Shown here: positions 28,152 to 32,000 of the stretch, one piece after another
Layout of the letters: the number at the start of each line of letters is the position of its first letter
How positions within the stretch are numbered: position 1 is the stretch's first letter
NCBI RefSeq assembly: GCF_000196355.1
Contig: NC_007614.1
Coordinates: 1,710,001 to 1,742,000, forward strand
Source: Nitrosospira multiformis ATCC 25196
GTDB taxonomy: Bacteria > Pseudomonadota > Gammaproteobacteria > Burkholderiales > Nitrosomonadaceae
Reading direction: 5' to 3'
Length of the DNA: 32,000 nt
The notes under the pieces: model-generated
The model's input: the letters and a program-made list of their open reading frames with translations, nothing else
Database searches by the model: none
What the model was told of the DNA's origin: nothing
Made by a program: the position numbers and the translations under genes

Positions 28152-28506
28152 ATCACCCGTAGCGTCAATATACTGAAAGATACTTACTGAAAGGAAAGGT
28201 GGAAATTAAAACGACGCTTCAAACCAGGAGCTTCCTTTAAAATCATCCTTACCTTATCGCATCTGCCGTAATAGGGCTGTGTCCCAACGCACATACTCCC
28301 AACTTTATTCTTGTACTCATTCGTCTTATGTCGGTTAACGCACGGCAAAAGCGATTGAATGCGCCGAGAATGATGGCAATACGGAAACTGCAGGCGCCCT
28401 CCATGAGACCTTCCAAGTCGGGATGAAATCCGGTAACGAAGTCAGTAACGCCAACCGCTGCGGATTCCACTCTTCATAACATCACTCGAAAAAGAGAGGT
28501 GATATC

Positions 28507-29091
28507 ATGAATGAACTACTTTCGAAATCCTGGCGCTCTCTTGCGCTACGCGGCTTCATATCGCTGGTGTTCGGTATACTTGCCGCATTCTGGCCAGGGA
28601 TGACGCTCCTGTGGCTGCTCGTCATGTTCGCTGCTTATGCCCTCATCCAGGGGGTAGCCTCCACTATGGCAGCATTCCAAAACCGGAAAACCCATCATGA
28701 CTGGTGGCTGATGCTGTTGTGGGGGGTGGTAGGGATTGGAGCGGGTGTAACGGCATTCATGCTTCCCAACCTGACCGCTGTGGTGCTTGTGCTGATAATT
28801 GGGGCAACTGCACTGGCAAGCGGAATTGTGGATATTGCAATGGCCATCCGGTTACGCAAAGTCATCCGGGGGGAAGGATTCCTGATTCTCAACGGCATCA
28901 TCTCCATTGCGTTCGGTGTGTTCGTGTTCTTCTTCCCCGGCGCCGGGGCACTTGCGCTGGTTTGGATGATCGCCCTATACGCTATCGTTTCGGGATTATT
29001 ACTCCTGGCGCTTGCTTGGCGAGCAAAAAAATGGGGCACCGATTATGAAGAATGGCCTCATGGGCATGGGTTAACCCATAAGTCTTTATAA
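28507..29091 (+). CDS. HdeD-family (DUF308) membrane protein
   Basis: WRSLALRGFISLVFGILAAFWPGMTLLWLLVMFAAYALIQGV, followed by repeated DUF308-type helices. Strong Shine-Dalgarno GAGAGGTG. Confidence 0.85.
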   Translation: MNELLSKSWRSLALRGFISLVFGILAAFWPGMTLLWLLVMFAAYALIQGVASTMAAFQNRKTHHDWWLMLLWGVVGIGAGVTAFMLPNLTAVVLVLIIGATALASGIVDIAMAIRLRKVIRGEGFLILNGIISIAFGVFVFFFPGAGALALVWMIALYAIVSGLLLLALAWRAKKWGTDYEEWPHGHGLTHKSL

Positions 29092-29250
29092 CAAGAATAT
29101 GATGCGGTAATCCGATATCCGAGTGGATCCTGCCGGCGTCAGCCGGCTGCGTTACGGCTGGTAGGGTGCCTTCTGAATCGGCACATCCACCTTGCTGGCG
29201 ATCCTGCTTCAGGTAGCTATTAAACAAACCGGCAAGGAGTAGTTACATTC

Positions 29251-29286
29251 TCCCGCGGGATTGGCTATGCTTGAGATCTCAATCCC
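29251..29286. promoter_or_regulatory. cluster of palindromes upstream of cbpA (candidate operator or promoter element)
   Basis: TCCCGCGGGA (29251..29260). GGGATTG (29257..29263) pairs with CAATCCC (29280..29286). This repeat encloses the perfect 12-bp palindrome TTGAGATCTCAA (29271..29282). The cluster ends 28 nt before the cbpA ATG. Confidence 0.3.
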
Positions 29287-29313
29287 ATAACAGCTTTTTC
29301 CGCTGTAATTGCA

Positions 29314-30297
29314 ATGGAATTCAAGGATTACTACAAAATCATGGGGGTTCCCCGCGACGCCTCACAGGATGACATCAAGCGCGCCTACCGGAAACTGGCG
29401 CGCAAATATCATCCCGACGTCAGCAAGGATCCGCAAGCGGAAGCCCGCTTCAAGGAGTTGGGTGAGGCCTATGAAGTCCTCAAAGATCCGGAGAAGCGCG
29501 TAGCATATGACCGCCTTGGCACAAACTGGAAAGCCGATCAGGAATTTCGTCCTCCCCCGGATTGGAATGCCGGCTTCGAGTTTTCACAACAGGGATTTAC
29601 AGGAGCAGATGCCGCCCAGTTCAGCGAATTTTTCGAATCCCTGTTTGGGCGCAGTTTTCGTGCCGAGCAAGCGAGACGCGGAGGAGAGACTCATGGGGGT
29701 CCCGGTGGAGCTTTCTTTCATGCACCTGGCGAGGATCGGTATGCCAAAATAATGATCGATCTGGAAGATTCATATCACGGCGCTACCCGCACCATCTCGC
29801 TGCAAGTACCAGAGGTCGATGCAGAAGGACATGTATCGACGCGCGAACATAAGTTGAACGTGGTTATCCCCCGTGGTATCCGGCCCAGGCAATACATTCG
29901 TCTTGCTGGCAAGGGTGCGCCGGGCCATGGTCAGGGAAAGGCGGGCGATCTGTATCTGGAAATCGAGTTTCGCTCTCATCCCATCTATCGAGTAGACGAG
30001 CACGACGTCTATCTTGACCTCCCGGTAGCCCCCTGGGAGGCGGCGTTAGGCGCAACGATAACTGTTCCCACTCCGGAAGGAATGGTTGACCTGAAAATAC
30101 CTGCTGATTCCACTACCGGACGGAAGCTGCGACTCAAAGGACGCGGTATTCCCGGCAAAATACCGGGTGACTTCTATGTTGTATTGCGCATTGTGCCACC
30201 GCCTGCCACCGATGAAAGTGATAAGGCCTTTTATCGCAGCATGGCGGAGCAATTCAAATCGTTCAACCCGCGGGCCAAACTGGGAGTGCAGGCATGA
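29314..30297 (+). CDS. cbpA: curved-DNA-binding DnaJ-class co-chaperone CbpA
   Basis: J-domain KDYYKIMGV...[12 protein letters not shown] with HPD. It has no Cys-rich zinc-finger region, has DnaJ C-terminal domains, and is followed by a cbpM-like gene. Confidence 0.9.
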   Translation: MEFKDYYKIMGVPRDASQDDIKRAYRKLARKYHPDVSKDPQAEARFKELGEAYEVLKDPEKRVAYDRLGTNWKADQEFRPPPDWNAGFEFSQQGFTGADAAQFSEFFESLFGRSFRAEQARRGGETHGGPGGAFFHAPGEDRYAKIMIDLEDSYHGATRTISLQVPEVDAEGHVSTREHKLNVVIPRGIRPRQYIRLAGKGAPGHGQGKAGDLYLEIEFRSHPIYRVDEHDVYLDLPVAPWEAALGATITVPTPEGMVDLKIPADSTTGRKLRLKGRGIPGKIPGDFYVVLRIVPPPATDESDKAFYRSMAEQFKSFNPRAKLGVQA

Positions 30298-30650
30298 GTG
30301 ACGAAAACGAATATCAAAAGGAAGCATCTTCGTTACAGCCAGGGCAGACAGTAACCATTATTGATGAACAGAACGCGTTGACACTGACAGAGATCAGCCA
30401 CGCGTGTTCAGTACAAACGGGATATATCATCGAACTGGTGGATGAAGGGTTAATTACCCCGGAAATTGCGACAGAAGAACATGAACCCCATCGCTGGCGC
30501 TTCTCAGGCGCGCAAATGCGGCGTGCCAGAACGGCCCTTCGACTGCAAAGCGATCTTGGTATCAACCTTGCGGGAGTTGCGCTTGCCCTGCAGTTACTGG
30601 ATGAAATTGAGACCTTGCAAATGCGATTGAATGTACTGAATAACTGGTAG
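30294..30650 (+). CDS. cbpM: chaperone modulator CbpM (MerR-like fold)
   Basis: ATGA overlap with the cbpA stop. [28 protein letters not shown]...[34 protein letters not shown] matches the CbpM pattern. Confidence 0.82.
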   Translation: MSDENEYQKEASSLQPGQTVTIIDEQNALTLTEISHACSVQTGYIIELVDEGLITPEIATEEHEPHRWRFSGAQMRRARTALRLQSDLGINLAGVALALQLLDEIETLQMRLNVLNNW

Positions 30651-30956
30651 CTGTTACCTGCTTGCATCATTCTACCCCTCGAATCACGCGATGGGAGCTT
30701 CCACTCCGATCTCCCGAAGCCCTGTTTTTACGCCCTCACCCCTAGCCCGCTCTCCTCATCCCGGTTCGTCCCCAGCGCTTCGCTCCCCCTGCACACAGCG
30801 AGAGCGCTTCATCCCTCCATTATCGAGGCCTTGCCCTTTATGTACGAAAACGAACGGAACACGAAGCGGTAGCTCAGGCATTATCGCCCCTAGTAATAAG
30901 CTCGGCCTTCCAGAACCGCCTCATCGCCCTCCTCATCTGCGGTTCAGGCGTGCCCA

Positions 30957-31427
30957 ATGAACGAGCTTAACAAGATGCTCCAGCAGACCGCGAGGCCGGA
31001 TGTCGAGTTATTTTTAAGGGCAAAGCAGCTTCTCAGGCATAGGGATAACTTTAAAATGGAAAAAGAACCGCTGATCAAATTACCCTGGCGCGGGAGGGAA
31101 ACGATTGAATCAATACCCCCGCTACTGGAAGGGGCGCAGCGAATAGAAATAACCCTCCCCTCCAACTATAACCACGCCCTGTTTGAAACGCTCCATCCCG
31201 GAGAACCCCCGGCTCAACTTGAAGAGATTGACGCAGCAGGTGGACCGGAATTGCTTGGCCGTATTGCAGCCGTCAGCGGTCTGGAAGAATTCAGTCGACT
31301 CACAGAACCTCTAACCGCTGCTCGTGCGAGAGTGCAAGTTTTAAGCCCTGCAAAAGTCTTTATCATACTTCCCGGTGCAAACCTTAAAAGCAATGAACGG
31401 ATCATCCATCCTGAAGCCGGGGAATAA
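30957..31427 (+). CDS. hypothetical protein (no recognisable domain)
   Basis: 156-aa ORF with a single possible start, because an in-frame TAA lies at 30897. It has no signal peptide and a weak Shine-Dalgarno. Its 3' end overlaps the PLD-family start by 35 nt. Confidence 0.4.
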   Translation: MNELNKMLQQTARPDVELFLRAKQLLRHRDNFKMEKEPLIKLPWRGRETIESIPPLLEGAQRIEITLPSNYNHALFETLHPGEPPAQLEEIDAAGGPELLGRIAAVSGLEEFSRLTEPLTAARARVQVLSPAKVFIILPGANLKSNERIIHPEAGE

Positions 31428-32000
31428 TTGCTGGCGCATCGAGCACGCGCACAAGGCTGCCTTTATCGTTGATGGAGCAGATTTTTTTCGTGCTTTCCGG
31501 GAAACGGTAAAACGCGCCCGCCGTTCCGTATTGATCATGGCCTGGGATATCGACAGCAGGCTGAAACTGGTACGGAATGAAGAACCCGATGGCTGGCCGA
31601 CCACCCTCGGGGATTTCCTCAACAGCCTCGTCAAACGTAACAGAAATCTCCATGTTCATGTCCTCGACTGGGATTTCGTCATGCTGTTTGCAGCTGACCG
31701 AGAATGGCTTCCTCTCTATAAACAACGATGGAATGGCCACCGACGCTTGCATTTTCATCTTGATGATCATCATCCCACCGGAGCCTCCCATCACCAGAAA
31801 GTCGTGGTAGTTGACGACCAGGTGGCATTTGTGGGAGGGCTGGACCTGACGCTGGGTCGCTGGGACACGACCGAGCACGCGGCGTGTGACGAGCGGCGCA
31901 GGGATTTGCTGACAGAACCCATACCGCAGCCTTACCACGATATCCAGATGATGGTTTCCGGCCCGATCGCCAGCGCACTGGGAGAATTGGCGCGTGAACG
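31393..32000 (+). CDS. phospholipase D family protein (HKD motif), 3' end beyond the window
   Basis: Not in the supplied ORF track. Frame 1 is open from the stop at 31342 to base 32000. ATG 31393 gives MNGSSILKPGNNCWRIEHAHKAAFIVDGADFF...IMAWDIDSRL...HVLDWDF... The HKD motif HHQKVVVVDDQVAFVGGLDLTLGRWD starts at 31789. Confidence 0.85.
   Translation, partial: MNGSSILKPGNNCWRIEHAHKAAFIVDGADFFRAFRETVKRARRSVLIMAWDIDSRLKLVRNEEPDGWPTTLGDFLNSLVKRNRNLHVHVLDWDFVMLFAADREWLPLYKQRWNGHRRLHFHLDDHHPTGASHHQKVVVVDDQVAFVGGLDLTLGRWDTTEHAACDERRRDLLTEPIPQPYHDIQMMVSGPIASALGELARE

Noticed and set aside
28249-28470. 73-aa minus-strand ORF in the 355-bp gap upstream of the HdeD-family gene. The same gap has an AAAGGAA ... 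TTCCTTT inverted repeat about 34 nt apart near 28190..28240.
   Set aside because: The ORF has a GTG start without a Shine-Dalgarno and no recognisable family. The repeat arms are short and widely spaced. The evidence is too weak to call a gene or an RNA.
30691-30960. 89-aa Pro/Ser/Arg-rich ORF whose stop overlaps the next ATG (ATGA).
   Set aside because: The composition looks like a translation of C-rich non-coding DNA. It has no Shine-Dalgarno and no domain. I kept it only as part of the spacer finding.
1-32000. Mobile elements, CRISPR arrays, tRNA/rRNA genes and canonical defence or toxin-antitoxin modules.
   Set aside because: Reading both strands, I saw no transposase or integrase motifs, no regularly spaced repeats, no tRNA-like cloverleaf candidates in the intergenic gaps, and no terminal inverted repeats. 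Absence by eye is not proof. tRNAscan, ISfinder and defence-finder runs would settle it.

Overview
This is a 32-kb chromosomal segment with moderate GC. NodT-type and other lipobox lipoproteins point to a diderm, proteobacterium-like host. I could not identify the organism more precisely.

I can support about 29 protein-coding genes. I found no rRNA, tRNA, CRISPR array, IS element or integrase, and no canonical defence system.

Gene order, left to right:
- Truncated alpha/beta hydrolase.
- Membrane fatty-acid desaturase, divergent from a small winged-helix regulator, with tandem palindromes in the shared promoter region.
- metY.
- Doubtful small membrane ORF.
- FAD-oxidoreductase/Rieske fusion.
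- Lipoprotein, divergent from a globin-coupled GGDEF cyclase.
- Four-gene minus-strand efflux operon: FtsX/MacB-type permease, ABC ATPase, HlyD adaptor and NodT outer-membrane factor.
- AI-2E transporter, MgtC-family protein and a frameshifted pyruvate kinase.
- selO, divergent from egtB.
- A right-hand third that reads like a stationary-phase/stress cluster: membrane protein, PRC-barrel protein, large MscS/MscK-type channel, HPII catalase katE, thioredoxin-reductase-like flavoprotein, secreted beta-sandwich-like protein, disordered hydrophilic protein, HdeD-family protein and cbpA-cbpM.
- An unknown 156-aa ORF and an HKD phospholipase-D family gene that runs off the window. The supplied ORF track does not list this gene.

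Observations most worth a second look:
- The unlisted eukaryote-like PLD gene, whose start overlaps the unknown ORF.
- A perfect short-loop G-quadruplex motif inside a Gly-rich apparent insertion in the TrxR-like gene.
- The pyruvate kinase frameshift, confined to a 46-nt window containing a G5 run.
- The desaturase/regulator operator architecture.
- The clustering of unknown genes within the stress block.

All functional calls rest on motifs I recognised by eye. No database search was run.
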